DNA of 64,000 nucleotides from Octopus sinensis (taxonomy: Eukaryota). Made by a program: the position numbers and the translations under genes. Location: positions 81,840,001 through 81,904,000 of the forward strand of contig NC_042998.1 in assembly GCF_006345805.1 (NCBI RefSeq), read 5' to 3'. Positions 1 to 13,820 of the stretch are shown here, in pieces. Numbering within the stretch: the stretch's first letter is position 1; every line of letters starts with the position of its first letter. The notes under the pieces are model-generated. The model saw nothing but the letters and a program-made list of their open reading frames with translations. It searched no databases and had not been told where the DNA came from.

Positions 1-3000
1 AACATTTCATTTATCACAATGTTGTCCGCAGTCTTCAGGTAAACGCCAATAATCCAATGAAATGAAATTATTCAAAATAAAAGAATTTCACGAAGTACAG
101 TTTGATACCGCCACTAAGTTTCGCTCATAAAATCCCCGCAGTTACATGTTTAATAATACTCAGGTCACAAGCGCAAAAAAGCGACCTTAAATCCCTCTCA
201 TATTTACAGACAGAATGAAAAGAACGAGACGGGAGGTGGTTAAGAAAATGTATGTACTGACGTACGTACCCTACTGTATATGACAATCAACTGGATGTCG
301 GAGTTCATATAATTATCTTGAAACAGGCGCAGGCATATCCTGTGCGGAACAAGAGCAATGTATATGTCGATCGTACTTCGCAGCAATAGATATTTTCCCA
401 TTAGAGTTTCCGTAGTTACACGGAAACGATAATAAAGATATTTTTAACAGTAATAAAAAGTAATAAGATTACGAAAAATAATTGTCCACTAGTATTTCAG
501 TGACGATGACAAAGACAGGAGAAGGCACTGTCGACATTTCTTTAATGCTTTAAATATTATCGAAACGTATCAGCTCGTCTGTTGCAACCTGATCCCAGAT
601 TAAACAGTTTAGGTTATTCGAAAAGAACAAAAGGAGTCAGCTGATATGAGAATATGTAAAAATGGCAATAACTGAAAACTTGACGAGGGTTAATGGCTCT
701 TTCACATTTTGAATATATGTGAACTAAAATAAAAACAATGTCACGAAGACTTCTAAATAAGATTTCATTTCTTATCTTTTACTAAGTTGTTCTATAGACT
801 CAGATATATATCAACAAAGTTTTCCTCTCTTCTCTCCTTCGACTTTTATATACACCACGTTTATCATTTATCAACGTCACGATCTTTTACAGTTCTATTA
901 CAGGATTTGATAGAAATTATTGTAGACTGTGTTAAGGTTACATTGATTGTTTTGCTTTTTTAAAAAAGAATTTGTATGGTTTACAATTCACTTGTATAAA
1001 TGTGAAGGAGTTTTTAGCTGCACTGAGGGGAGGAAGAATTAAAGTCGTGATTAAGTGACTACTGGTTCGTCTTTTATTACATTCAAAACTTCATGATGAA
1101 TTTAAATTCAACGAGATTGTATATTCATTCGCTTTCTGTGGTTTCTGTAACTCCGGGAAATATTTAAAGAATATCGAAGAGTCAATAATGCAGAAGATAT
1201 GATACCAAGACGCAACATTTTCGCTCCAATGTATTTTAGAAGGCAACATACGTTTGAAAACTATAAAATTTTCCTAAAGTGTTTGATATATCTAATTTAA
1301 AATGATTTACTCGTTACTTGAACAAAAAGAGATTATCTCTACTTTAAATAATATACAATCTTCCTCGTTATAATCATAAATTCCACCTCTTTTTGTTATA
1401 CCGTATCATAATATTGCAAATGTGAATGCATTGCTCAGTATTTCGTTAAATGGTGAAAGCTCTGAAGAAAATTCTTTAATCCTGATGACGTTAACGAAAT
1501 GCACACAACATATCTAAATGCAAGGTAATTCTCGCTTCACAGCAAGATTAAAGCATAAGGGTAAAGTTATCTCATATTTTAAAAATATTTCTACTGAAAA
1601 TATTTGAGAAAACAGTGGAGATCGCATGATATTCATATTCCCCGAGAAGGAAATTATAATGAATATATGAAGCTAAGTATAAATTAAACACAAACCATAG
1701 AAAATAATATGTTTCATACAGTATGAAACATATTATTTTCTATTTTCATTCTGTGTCATTTTCTTAAACATAGTCAATATAAATATAGCAGCGGGCATTA
1801 TAAATTAACATCTATAGTTCTCCATAACATTCCTATATTCTTATATATTCATTGGCTCTAAGCGTCCACGAATCTACATTAACAATATATAACAATGGCT
1901 CGAAGCTAATTTTGGTTTAATATCGCTCAGAAATTGCAGTAGCAAACAGAAGAAAGTATTGGCTTTGCTTCTGAAATGATTTAATTTTGTATCTTCTTAC
2001 CTAAAGTAGAGAGGTAAAGAGAGAAACATGAATAAAAAACAAAAAAGGAAATTCTCAGTGTTGCCAAATGAATTGGCAATTTATGGTATAGAATAATGGT
2101 TTGCTGTAGTGCAAATGCGTTAACATACATTTGCGGAAATGATACTCTTACTAGTCGAAAAACCAATACCTCATTCAAATAGCTTGCATCTCATTAGAGT
2201 GGCTGTAATTTTCTCCAAATGTATTACTGTTTAATCTCTCCAGTGTTTCATTTCGTTTCACACTAATTACTGTATCAGATCGCCTGTTATTCTTCTTCGC
2301 TTTCTAAACACAACAATCACCAATAACCCTCATATCTATTACTACTATTGTCTAGCAATTAACAATTAATCTAAATTAGTTCCACTGATATACTTGTCTT
2401 CATCGGATGAAGTGTTAATGTGATTAAAAGCTGTGTCACATCAGCTTATCTTGCACGGACAATGTTGTGATATATGGCGAAGACTTTCTAATTAATGTTC
2501 AGGATTAGAGTCCGTCAACACAGTTCCTCATCACTTTAAGTTAATGTGCAGGGGTTCGTCTTCATCAACAAGTTTGCCAGCACGTGAGGACGTGTATAAT
2601 ACCGATTTCGTGTGTGCCTATATAACAATACGTAGGTACATTTCTGCGAATGTTACTCTATACATGCACATATATACACACAAATTATTAGTTGCTGTTC
2701 GTAGCTGAGGAGTTTGTTACCTTTTTATGATCTGAAACACATCTATCTCCATGCGTGTGTGGGTAGGTATGTATGTGAAAGTATTTGTATATATGCGCAC
2801 GTGCTGGTGTATGCTTTATTCTGTTTATATGCTATAAGAAAACGTGTTCTTCTTCGATGTATGATAATTCTGAGATCGTATCTTTATTATTTACGTGTCA
2901 CCGTATTTATTCATAAATCTGTTCGGATATCATATATAAAAGAGAATTCGTTTTCAAATACAGCAGTTAATGGCAAAAGAAGGCAAAGAAGGTAAAAAAA

Positions 3001-3012
3001 ATGCTTTATAAA

Positions 3013-3225
3013 GAATATTGGTTTCAAATTTTAGCAAAAGGTCAGAAATTTCGTAGGGGGTCGATTAGCTTGACCCCAGTGTTCACTCACTACTTCATAT
3101 TATCGTCCACGAAAGGACGATAGGTAAAGTAGACGTTGCCGGGATTTGATCTCAGAACGTAAGGATGTACTAAATGCTGCAAAGCATGCTGCCCAGCGTG
3201 CTAACGATTCTGCTAGCTCGCCGCC
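3013..3225 (-). mobile_element. tRNA-derived SINE, family A (most abundant family here)
   Basis: The reverse complement begins aggcggcgagctagcagaatcgttagcacg (A-box-like) and continues with a B-box-like gagatcaaatcc and the family body. About 15 related copies occur in the window. Confidence 0.85.
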
Positions 3226-3239
3226 TCATATTCAATTTA

Positions 3240-3457
3240 GAATATTCGTTTCAAATTTTAGCACAGGGACACTAAATTCTGGTGGAGGGTGAGTCGATTA
3301 CATCGACGCACATTGCTCAACTGGTACTTATTTTATTGATGACGAAAAGAAAGGTAAAGTCGATGTCGGCGGAATTTTAACTCAGGACGTAAGAACAGAC
3401 AAAATACCGCCAAGTAATTTTGTCCGGAATGCTAGCGATTCTACCACTTCGCTGCCT
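3240..3457 (-). mobile_element. SINE family A, degenerate
   Basis: Same body (gtcgattacatcgac...actggtacttattt...aaagtcgatgtcggcggaattttaactcagg), in tandem with the previous copy. Confidence 0.8.
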
Positions 3458-3488
3458 TTTGTTTCTATTATGCATGTTATGTGTTGTA

Positions 3489-3845
3489 AAGGTGGCGAGC
3501 TGGCAGTATTATTACCGCACCCCGAGATCAACTTTACCGTTCATCCTTTTGGGGGTCGGTGAATTAAGAACCAGTTGAGTAGTGAGGTCGATGTAAACGA
3601 CCATCCCCCTCCCTCAAATTTCAGGCATTGTGCCTATAATAGAAAGGAGTGTTATTATCGCACCGGATAAAATGACATGCGGAGTTTCGTCCGTCTTTAC
3701 GTTCCGAGTTCAAATGCCGCCTGGGTAGATTTTAACTTTCGTCCTTTCAGGATTAATTAAATAAGTACAAATTGAGTACTGGAGTCAATTAGTCCGACTT
3801 AGCCTCGCCGCCGAAATTGCGGGCCTCGTGCCAGAATTTGAACTC
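3489..3845 (+). mobile_element. Two SINE family A copies (one internally deleted, one 5'-eroded)
   Basis: aaggtggcgagctggcag head at 3489; the second unit has gttccgagttcaaatgccgcc (B-box) near 3705. Confidence 0.7.
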
Positions 3846-4210
3846 AGTGTTAATTGCTGTACTTATCGAGGCTTCGATGTGAAATCAGAACTTTGTATTA
3901 ACAACGCTAACAAAAATGTATTAATTGTTGTGCTATGTATAATTTCGTCACGACCCGTTTCCTTCCACCAAAACCAATTTAAAGGAAATTTCGTTTCTAA
4001 AATTTGACTGCTGGGCATACGAGATTCGTATCTTTGAACTATGGCTGACGTTAATAAAAGTAAACAAACTCATTTACACTAGATGTTTTCCATTGATTTG
4101 AAACTATCCCATAGGAGTAGAGACAAATTGGATTCTTAAACCTCAAAGTCCGAAGCAAAACAAATGACAAAGAGAAAATTTTATAATTTTTACGAAATAT
4201 GCATCTACGG

Positions 4211-4221
4211 TTTGTGTGTGT

Positions 4222-4263
<42 letters not shown>
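4211..4263. repeat. (GT)n microsatellite at the 3' end of the RTE
   Basis: Direct reading. Confidence 0.95.
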
Positions 4264-4265
<2 letters not shown>

Positions 4266-4289
4266 TGTATATGAACATATACGTATGTA

Positions 4290-5970
4290 CATGGTAGGTG
4301 TCTAATCCTTATGCAGAGTTTGACTACCTCCTGTACGTACACCTCAGAACTATCATGGCATTTGATTTGGTTTTTAAGACCCAGCAATGTTTTGAAAAGC
4401 CACCCACATAGAATGCATATGCGATTTGCGCCACCAAGGACTGCAGTTAAATTCTGATCTTTGTGGATCTTAAAATGTCTTTTGAAGTTTCCGTTAGATT
4501 TGCAAAACTTCTGGCATACATTGCATTGAAAAATGTGCACAGACATAGAGGCAGAATAGTTGGTGGAGGTTCGTTTTCCATGGGCTCACAAGCGAGATTT
4601 GAGCTCAGCGAAAGAAAGCATGGTCTGTCACAAACTCTCTCTTGAATCTTGCATGCTTTATCCTTGCCTCTTCAAACGCTCTTACTCTATTCCACACTTT
4701 TGTTTGCCATCCAGCTCGATACGAAGCAAGGGTTTCTATGTTTTCTGGATCCATTCCAAGTGACTTCATGGTTGTCCTTATGCTGTCTTTAAACCATTTA
4801 TTAGGTATTCACCGAAAGCGTTTCCCCTCTGCAAGCTCACCATAAAACATTTGTTTGGGTGTGCATTCATCCGCCGTTGGAACAATATCGCCACACCATA
4901 TCATTTGGTTTTTTAAAGTAATTGCTTTAATTGAGGTGATGCAAGGGCAGCTGTATTAGGAATAAAAGAATTCCATTTAATGATGGAAGGATTATTAGCT
5001 TGTTATGGAATGTCCTCCATAACATGTCCATAATTCAAAAGAATACAACAGGGATGGTAAGACAAATTATTTTTAAAGAGCCAATTTTGTATTGTTATTT
5101 ATATTTCGTTGGCGCCAAACGCGTGTCTCCAAACCATCAAATGTTTGTGATGCCCTTTGAATTGGCAGATATATTTCTGTGTCCAACTTTCCATCATTTT
5201 GTACAGAGCTTCCAAGGTATATGAAAGAATCAGCAACCTCAAGTAGCTTACTCTTAACAAAAACTTTAGGGGGTTGCAAACAGCACCACATGGAAGTTGA
5301 TACATTATAAATGTTTTATTCAAGTTGATGATCAAGGAAAACTTCTCATAAGCCGAGTCACATGCAGATACAAAAGACTAAGGATCTGTTTCAGAATGAT
5401 TGACTAGATCGCAACGTCAACGTATAAGAGTTCCTTAATGAGCGAAGTAAAAACCATCGTTTTGAATTTCAGTCTGGTCAGATTAAAAACATTCCCTATT
5501 GTTCGATATTTTATGTAAATTCCCTCCTCTGAGATTTGAAAAACGTGTGACAACACAACAGTAAAATATATTGCAAAGAGGGTAGGTTCATCAAGGTGTC
5601 CCAGTTTTACTGCATTTTTCACGGCAAAAGAGTCACAGTGTTTACCACCAAATCTAACTCTAGCTTTCATATCTTGATGCAAAGCCCTGATCATGTTTAC
5701 ATTTTTATCTGGGCAACCTACTTTCGTTACAATTAGCAACAGAGCATTTCGATTAATAGTATCGAATGCTTCGCTGAAATCAACAAATAACGGTTAAGGG
5801 CAAGATTCTGTTCAATGCACGTTTCTTGCAATTGTCTGATTGTAAATATAAGATCCGCTGTGCCCCTGAGACTCAGACACCATATTTGGAAATATGAAGG
5901 TATTTAAACGTTCTAACAGAATGCGGGCAAGTATCTTTCCAATCACAGACAAAAGCGAAATCCCACGTAT
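4290..5970 (-). mobile_element. 5'-truncated, decayed RTE-clade LINE (RT and C-terminus)
   Basis: Minus-strand pieces RGISLLSVIGKILARILLERL, FVDFSEAFDTINR, GCPDK..MIRALHQDMKARV, IKELLYVD, FIYLGS, PKQMFYGELAEGKR and terminal C2H2-like fingers lie in RTE ORF order, with frameshifts and stops. Confidence 0.9.
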
Positions 5971-6090
5971 GTACATACATACAAACATAATTACACGCAC
6001 CCCCACACATACACACAAACACATATATATATGTATACATATATATCTTTGTGTGTGTGTATGCATATATATATATGTATATATATAGAT

Positions 6091-6139
<49 letters not shown>

Positions 6140-6147
6140 TGTGTGTG

Positions 6148-6810
6148 TACTAGGGGGTACCCAAAGGTAACCGGAAGCGTTCTCTTTAGGACAAACCCGT
6201 TGTAGTTCAGGCTTCCGCCGATAGAAGCCACTTGATGCGACCCCCAGGCGTCAATCTGCTGACCAGTGTTGTCGAGGGAAGTCCTACTGCCACGACGTGC
6301 ATCTTTGCTTTGCAGTGTTTCTCCCCTGTTCGTAAAATTTTGCGATGTCTGAAACGAAGGAACATCATATTTCTGGGAAATTCTGTTTTCTGCTGCGGAA
6401 AATGACAGCCGAAACAATTGTCATGCTTCAAACAGATTACAAGGACGCTATGATGAGCAAAACACAAGTATATGAGTGGTTTCTTCACTTTAGAAATGGT
6501 CACTTGTCACTCGAGGACTAACCTTGTCGAAGACGACTGTCGACCTCCCGAGAGAATGAAAACGTGAAAATTCATGAACTGATCTGGGAGGACCATTACC
6601 GAATATTTGACGAACTTGTTGATGTGATCGTTGTGTTCTGAAGCTCCGGCCTACGAATCACAAACAGTCGCGACTGAATACGTGTCGTGAACTGAAAGAA
6701 CAATTGGAAGTTGATCCGGGCCTTTTTTTCAAAGGTCATCACTGATGATGAAAGTTGGTGCTACGGAATTTTCAGATGTGGAATAGGTGAAGAAAAGAAC
6801 GATGGAGGAT
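6148..6810 (+). mobile_element. Internally deleted mariner (Tc1/mariner) fragment
   Basis: TA plus a TIR-like ctagggggtacccaaaggtaaccggaa at 6148. From ATG 6345: MSETKEHHISGKFCFLLRKMTAETIVMLQTDYKDAMMSKTQVYEWF...LSTSRENENV, later ITDDESWCYG (first catalytic Asp motif). No 3' TIR seen. Confidence 0.85.
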
Positions 6811-7449
6811 GTGAAATACATCAGTTCGCAAGAGTTGCAGCACTGCTTCAGATAGTAGAAAATGCTTCTAGACCGATGCTTTGCTTCAAATAGAGAATAC
6901 TTTGATGGCGATAAAAGTGTAAACATGTAAAACTTAGTGAATAAAATAATATTGCAAAATTTCGGTTCATTTGGGAACCCACTCGTATGTATGTACGTGT
7001 CAGCCTATAGAAGCTTTTGCTTCGGACAAAGAAAGCTGAAACGTAGAAGGCAGGCATTGTCCAAATACAAGAATAGAAAGACGATAAGAATTTGCAAATA
7101 CGGCCGTAACTGGTTTTAATTTTTACATTGAATGCAAATTACATTATTTGTATTGAGAGAGATAAAAGCAGTTTCTGTGCGTTCGTGTTCATATACAAAA
7201 GAGGTGGTTATGTTTGACCGTTACATCACTTGGAATCGCAGCAGGAAGAAAATGCGTCTAATCGTTTTGTTTGCGCCGTCCAAAACCTATAGATGTAATT
7301 CTCTCACACGGCAACACCACGACGTGCGCCATGAAACAGCCGAAACACTGAAAAACAGACTCTCGAATTTATACAAATACAACTGAACGTTGCTGCAGTG
7401 GAAATTGAGGAACTGACCTGAGTATAAGACGGTAATGCTTTCAAGTCAA

Positions 7450-9150
7450 CAGCAGAACGCTTCACCGAGCTTGAAGAAATTCATCTACCAGGGAGGGGTA
7501 GCGTTTATGAGAACAGCGGTTGATAGAGCTTCCGTTTGAATGGAATGGCTATCAATAGCTTCCTACAATGAAATGGCTATCAACGTTTCTGTTAAACTAG
7601 CTGGATTAAAAACACATTGTAAACAAGATATTTGTTATAACCTCTCCGACTGCACAACGACAGACGTCTTAAATAATAGCAAAAGCCATACCTAAGGCTA
7701 TTGTATGAAGCATACCGATTCGTATGGCAGCCGTAATGATAACTATGCCGTACGCTGTTCAAGTTCCATCTTGCTTGGTGTATGTTGATGCAGTACTGAA
7801 TGCAGTATTCATGACAATCGATAATATCAGTGCAAGAAATAGCTCGGATCCACGCACGTGATAAAAGGCTATTCATGGGAACATTTTGAGAAAATAAAAT
7901 GGTAATGGTCTGCTTTTGCTGTTGATGTTACGCGTGGTGCATCATCGCGCTGTCTCATATACTTTCTTTATACAACAGAGATTCTAGGTTAGGGTCCCTT
8001 ATCAACTCTCACAGTCTAAAAGTTGACATCATATATTCTTCACGATCAGCTTTCAATAAATCATGAACTATTACATTGACTTATGCAATGATGCCCCTTG
8101 AATATTGTCCTGGTTATCTAATTCACGACAAGATGATACAGCTCTCTGATAGAAATAATACTTATTTCTGATAGAAATTGGCAAATGATGGCGCCGTAGG
8201 AGAAGACTTTTGACACGAAGGCAGTTATTCATGCAATGGCTACATCAACACGTATAAGTTGCCTTGCGGTTTACATGAGGTACGTTACAGTTATTGTAAC
8301 AAATTCTGGCTACTAGTAACATTCATAGAGTAACATCATCTCAAACGCTGAAATATTCTCCATAAAAATCAAGAACACGTCAAGGTTGATTCAATGAGAA
8401 GGGGAAGAGGTTTAGAACTTCATGGAAGAAAACAATGCTGCTCTTCATACCTGAATCTGTAAAAGAGACAAAAACACTCCCTAAGACTCAGTGACCCAGA
8501 ATGGAAATTCGAAATACAAATTAGTTAAGTTTTCTCTCAGTCAATAAAGAGGAAAAGAAAACTTGGCGTAAAGCCAAGCCAGATTCCTTGTAAATGTTTG
8601 TTGACAAACATCACCACAGTGGCTTCTATGTATCTGTTGAAATAGTTTATGCTCTGAGGACAAATGCAATGGCTTCCGTCCAAGATAGAAAACATCGGTC
8701 TGAGATAGAGAAGAAAATGTTTATATTATTTCCGAGACACTGAAACCATCGGCGAGTTAGAACAGATTAACCCACAAAACTTTGACAATGTTGCTAATAG
8801 CAACCGAAGTTACAAAAGCTTTTATCAATCCCAGAAAATCTGAGTTAAATTGATCAAATATGGCGCTTCCAAACTCACCGGAGATATGACAACGCTATCA
8901 TGAAAGGTCACCAACATCATTGTGTTAGAGAAAAAATGAGAGACATCAAAATGCAAAACCTATGATAGAACATCATTCGTATCCCCTCCACACAAGCATG
9001 ACAGTTTCTCAAATGATTTCTCATCAGCTAAAATAATCATGATGTTACATCGAAGTTCTAAGTTAATATTTCACTTATGAATCATTGAGTCTCCTAATTA
9101 CATTGCAGCAAATAATTTCTCTTCTAATATGCATTACTATATATAATTTC
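7450..9150 (+). mobile_element. Heavily decayed RTE-clade LINE (linker and start of RT; may extend to ~9800)
   Basis: Plus-strand fragments FVDKHHHSGFYVSVEIVYALRTNAMASVQD, VKLIKYGASKL and CKTYDRTSFVS (degenerate C.NYRGISLLS), with many stops. The boundaries are uncertain. Confidence 0.55.
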
Positions 9151-10596
9151 CCTTTCCCTTGCACCAATCTACCAATTATCGAAAACGCAACATTGATATT
9201 AAGCCAAAATAAACACACTATAAGATAGATTTAAGATGTTATACACTTGGCTTATTCAACCTCAGTTATTATGCTTTAGGGATTTCAGAATGATTAAATT
9301 TGACCTTATCGAGAAAGACATTTAGTCTTGTGTGCTACCTACTTCACACGTATCGGCGTTTTAGTAATTGAATTTAAGACAGAAATAATAGCTGTTTTTT
9401 ATTTGTTCCCAAAGAGGAATTGAGAGGTGACATTGCGTAAATATTTATGAAACTGGTGAGGATTTTTACGACGAATGTCGGCTTGGTTAAAGTATGTAAG
9501 CTCAAAATGAAAAAAATAGGATGTCTGAATTGGTGGAGCAGCCACTTCCCCTCCGAACATGAGGTCTCTGGAGAAATACTGAACAGCTTTGTACACAATA
9601 TGCAAAATTGTTCCCCAAAAATTTAAACCGGGGCGTAGTATCTGCACAAATCTTGATGAATGCTCTCACATACCTACTAGAAAATATATTTCATGATGTT
9701 GGGATGTAGTAACACTACCTCATAACTATGGTTACGCTCTTTAATGAGCTTTTGAAAAAGCTGTCAAGAACTGAAGGAAATCATTGCCCTCATTCCTCAC
9801 ACACTCACTCATAGTCACCAGACAAAGGAAACGTGATTCTCGTACGATCTTCTTACGTGAATAAGGTGTGTTTATAACCCATTTCAACTAGAATTTCCCC
9901 CAGCACAACAAACTATCCCAATGGTTACTCGAAAACCAAGGTGTAAAGAATCTACAATAAAAAGCACACTTCAGGGAACAAGCATGTAATTCGGAGGTGA
10001 ATTCTGTTCCAGTAGCGAATCTCTTTCGGTAGACCACTCAATGATAAGATGACTATATATCTGGGAAGTGGATTATCTTCTATAAGCGGGATCTAAACTG
10101 ATTATTTTTAAGAGAGCCAAATGTTATGATGGACTAGTCTGTAGAAAGCTTTAAACTTTTTTAAATTGACCAGAAACGCAACAACGCCATCTTTATATTA
10201 GCGAAGACCTCACTCATCAGCAACATCATAAATATCAAGTGTTTTCTTTAGCCAGTTGCGATAGATGTCTAACAAAATTCTATGGAGCAATAAAATAAAG
10301 CAGAAGATTCAAACTTAGCAATTTTCTGCTAGTACAGCAATACACCAGCACGGGTATATTACCCAGTATCATCGTATTTCCCCAACCTTCACCACCTCCT
10401 CATGGGAGTCAAAATAATCCCTCGAGGTAATCATTTAAAGTTCACCAACACAAAGAGAGTTCAAGGTGTTGCTGAAAAGATCCAGTCAAACGCCCCAGCC
10501 ATTGGGTCTATTAGTTTTGCTGGATCATTGACTTGTTGATAAGTTGTGCGTCTATCAATAGGGATAATTGAACTACTTTTATTCAATTTGGACATA

Positions 10597-10797
10597 AAGG
10601 CTGCAAGCTGGCGGAAGCGTTAGCACGCCAGTCGAAATGCTTAGCGATATTTCGTCTGTCTTTAATTTCTGAGTTCAAATTACGCTGAGGTCGACTTTGC
10701 CTTTTATTCTTTCGGGGTTGATAAATTAGGTACCAGTTGCATACTGGGTCGATCAAATTGACTGGCCTCCTTGTGCCTAGAGTAGAAAAGATTCTGT
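10597..10797 (+). mobile_element. SINE family A
   Basis: ggctgcaagctggcggaagcgttagcacg ... ctgagttcaaattacgctgaggtcgactttgcc. Confidence 0.85.
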
Positions 10798-11199
10798 TTT
10801 TGGCATAAGAAAGGATGCCTAAATTCGGATGCTATTGGCATTGATTCGAAAATGCAACTAATGGTTTCATAATTACGCGTTCAACAACTATCTAACCAAG
10901 TCCTTAACTCAGTCTAAGCTTTTCCCAAAGCGGAATTCAACAGCAATCTTCTATTAATTGGGGGTCCAGTCTACCTTTCTTATATAAGCTGAGGTGAGTA
11001 TCTAAGAATCAAAAACTGCGGACCCTTCGTGTTATTCCTATCCAATGACCTAGCAAAATATAAATGCTGTTTGAATGATCAGATGCGATTTCCACAAGCC
11101 CACATGAGCACATGCGAGCAAACATAGGTGAGCCTGCACGATAGCTGAAACTACTAAATTAAATTTTGGAGACTTTTACATCCTTTGTATGGATTACAT

Positions 11200-11500
11200 T
11201 CCTCAGAATCTTAACAAACGTCTAAGAAGTCATTCGCCATACACTAAAACTAATGAGCTGTATATTCCTAAGAAGCAACTTCCTAAGAAGTTGATAAAGG
11301 GTATGAACTCTCTTCAAGTCTTTTAACCGGATCCACTACATAATATATCTTTCGGCATGGCCACCAGGCAATGAGACGTCTATTCACTCTAATTTTACAA
11401 TAGATTGCCGTAGGTCCATATTGATGAGTGAGTTGGCTGATATTCAAATCTGTCCAGTGTGTGAGGACAACTGGTAACCATTTACCCACAAATCAGCGAT
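11200..11500 (-). mobile_element. Possible decayed LINE C-terminal fragment
   Basis: The minus strand reads ..QYGPTAIYCKIRVNRRLIAW / GGHAER.., weakly resembling the RL.W.GH..R region of RTE. Confidence 0.3.
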
Positions 11501-11685
11501 AAAATTACGCTCAGTAAGTGCAGCGGTATTTTAGAAGGTTTTGCTTATTGGCAGCTCAAAAAAGGTTATATATGTAAAAGATATGTGATGAAGATTGATA
11601 TTTACTCATTAATCCCATGAAAGCCACTTAAACTGCAAGCCTGTATTGCGTTAGAGAGAAAATAATAATGGTTTCTTGTTTGATT

Positions 11686-11890
11686 TAAACACAAGGCCAG
11701 CGATTTCAAGGTAAGTGAGAGGAATTGGTAATATCGATCTCAGTATTAGACTGTTATTGTCTTTTATCGACATTGAAAAATGAATGACTATGTTGAACCT
11801 GAGAGAATTTCAACCCAGAACGCGAAAAAGCTGGGCAAATATTTTAAAGCATATTTTCCGACATTCTAGCGTTTCTGGTACTTTGCCGAG
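11686..11890 (-). mobile_element. SINE family A, degenerate
   Basis: The aaacacaaggccagcgatttc tail and gaatttcaacccagaacg B-box region match the family on the minus strand. Confidence 0.55.
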
Positions 11891-12087
11891 GAAATGATAA
11901 TAATATCCAAAGCATCGATGAACTGAAATAGAATACAACAAGATTCGTCATGGCCACAAACTAATATACAGATCTATTACACAGTTTGATATATTCGTTT
12001 ACAACAATGTTGGGGAAGATAATGTTTCGTCAGATCTTATGGGCCTTGCATTAACAGTAAATAACGTATCATTATTACTTATTCTAA

Positions 12088-12308
12088 TAAGCCGCCGAGT
12101 TGGCAGAATCGTTAGCACGCCGAGTAAAATGCCTAGCCACATTTCGCCCGTCGCTACATTCTGAGTTCAAATTCTGCCGAGGTCAGCTTTGCCTTTCATC
12201 CATTCGAGGTCGATAAATTAAGTACCAGTTAAGTACTTGGGCCGATGTGATCGACTCTCCACCTCCCCACAAAATCCAGGCCGTGTGCCTATAGTAGAAA
12301 TGATTATT
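12088..12308 (+). mobile_element. SINE family A
   Basis: gccgccgagttggcagaatcgttagcacg ... ctgagttcaaattctgccgaggtc ... gcctttcatccattcgaggtcgataaattaagtaccag. Confidence 0.9.
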
Positions 12309-13191
12309 ACTTATTCTGATAGAACGTCCTCCCCGCTTGCTAGAAATAGTACATTGGACACTGAAAGAAAAGAGGGTTTGAAAATGTGTGGGGTTGTCTT
12401 TGACCACGGATCAGAGAGATCAAGTTGAACCCTGGACTAACAGATAACAATAACGCTGGCAAAAGTTAACGTTAGTAGAAATCTCTTCAATCATTTTTCT
12501 TCCCGACATGAGGCTTGTGTGCTAAGACATAAATTACTAAATCATTTATATGTCTAGCGTTGTAAATATATAAAGCAGCATATGCTATTGGGGCGATAAA
12601 TTAATAAATTATAACGACTATTCATCATATATGTGAGATTGATACAAAGATAATATGATAATCACATTTGTCTGATAGACATCTAAATCATATTAGTAAT
12701 AACTCAATTGATTTATTATTAGTACATAGTTAACCTCACTTTCTATAAATGGAACAGATAGGAATGTGTGTGCATGCGTATGAGTGTATGTGTGCATGTC
12801 TATGAGTGTGCATGAATGTATGTATGTGTGCACACGAGGAATATATCTGTGGAGGATATGTGCGTATAAGTGTTCTTGTATGTCAATGTGTATATAAAAG
12901 CCATTAAAATATCGGTACTGCAGCTGTATACACGGATATGTTGGACACCATCTAGAGTAAGGGCACCAAACCGGATTTGGGGCAGGGATGAAGGAGATCT
13001 GTCCGCATGTAGTCGGTTGAAAATCAAATTTTTTCAATGGCTGGACGAGTCAACGAGCATGTGTATCCATGCATCTATATGTGTATATGTGTATGTATGT
13101 GTATGTAGGCATGTACGTATGTATGCTTATGCGCATGTATGCATGCACGTATATATATATATATATATATATACATACATACATACATACA

Positions 13192-13227
<36 letters not shown>

Positions 13228-13559
13228 TATTTAAATGTAATGCTTTTATATGCATGTATTTTTGCGTCGACTGTTTGCGTTGGTCATCCTTCAGGATAAG
13301 CATTAAACACTGTCAAACGGCGAATGAACTTCATATTAGTCAACCGCCGTCCAACATTTGGGATGCCACTAGATTTTGCTTAGTATCTCGATACCGGAGG
13401 TCTTTTGCATTCACTGATGTAACTAGTTACTTTTGGCGAAATGCATGTTTTTAAAGTGCAATGCTTTTCCTCATTTTTAGAGCTTCAGGTACATGCATCG
13501 ATTGAATTTTACATCTCTAGTTTGTGTTGCCTACTAAAGTAGTACACTCAATGAAAATT

Positions 13560-13745
13560 TATTTGATAAAATGAATGCATGTGCCAGCGTAGGCGATAAT
13601 CTTTCTGAACGCCAGCAGCAAGAGACATCCATCAAAGTCATATCTGTGCAAAAGTTTCCATGTCCAGCACAACAGAATCATATCCGTACTGCTTTGAGAG
13701 AACAATGAAGTGATGGCATTGCTCAAAGTCGAGTTGCAGCCATCA
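13560..13745 (+). mobile_element. Possible mariner transposase N-terminal remnant
   Basis: Reads LSERQQQETSIKVISVQKFPCPAQQNHIRTALREQ*SDGIAQSRVA, a weak match to the mariner HTH start (E.R..IKF). Confidence 0.3.
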
Positions 13746-13765
13746 TATGTACGAAAATATGTGCG

Positions 13766-13786
13766 TGTGTCTCTATTGTATGTATG

Positions 13787-13820
<34 letters not shown>

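Noticed and set aside
1482-1510. Hammerhead core CTGATGA...GAAA
   Set aside because: Stem II closes C/C, and there is no stem I or NUH site. The CTGATGA hits near 6742 and 26657 are coding sequence of mariner and Dong.
2365-2580. Possible degenerate hammerhead/pLTR remnants on the minus strand (ccgatgaagac..., ttgatgaagac...)
   Set aside because: Too eroded to reconstruct the stems by eye.
4205-4546. Possible host C2H2 zinc-finger gene
   Set aside because: The fingers are collinear with the RTE ORF C-terminus and run into the element's microsatellite tail.
4290-9150. One RTE split by a twin-priming 5' inversion (the two fragments face away from each other and both break near YRGISLLS)
   Set aside because: The fragments overlap by tens of codons and differ strongly in nucleotide sequence there, so they look like different RTE copies.
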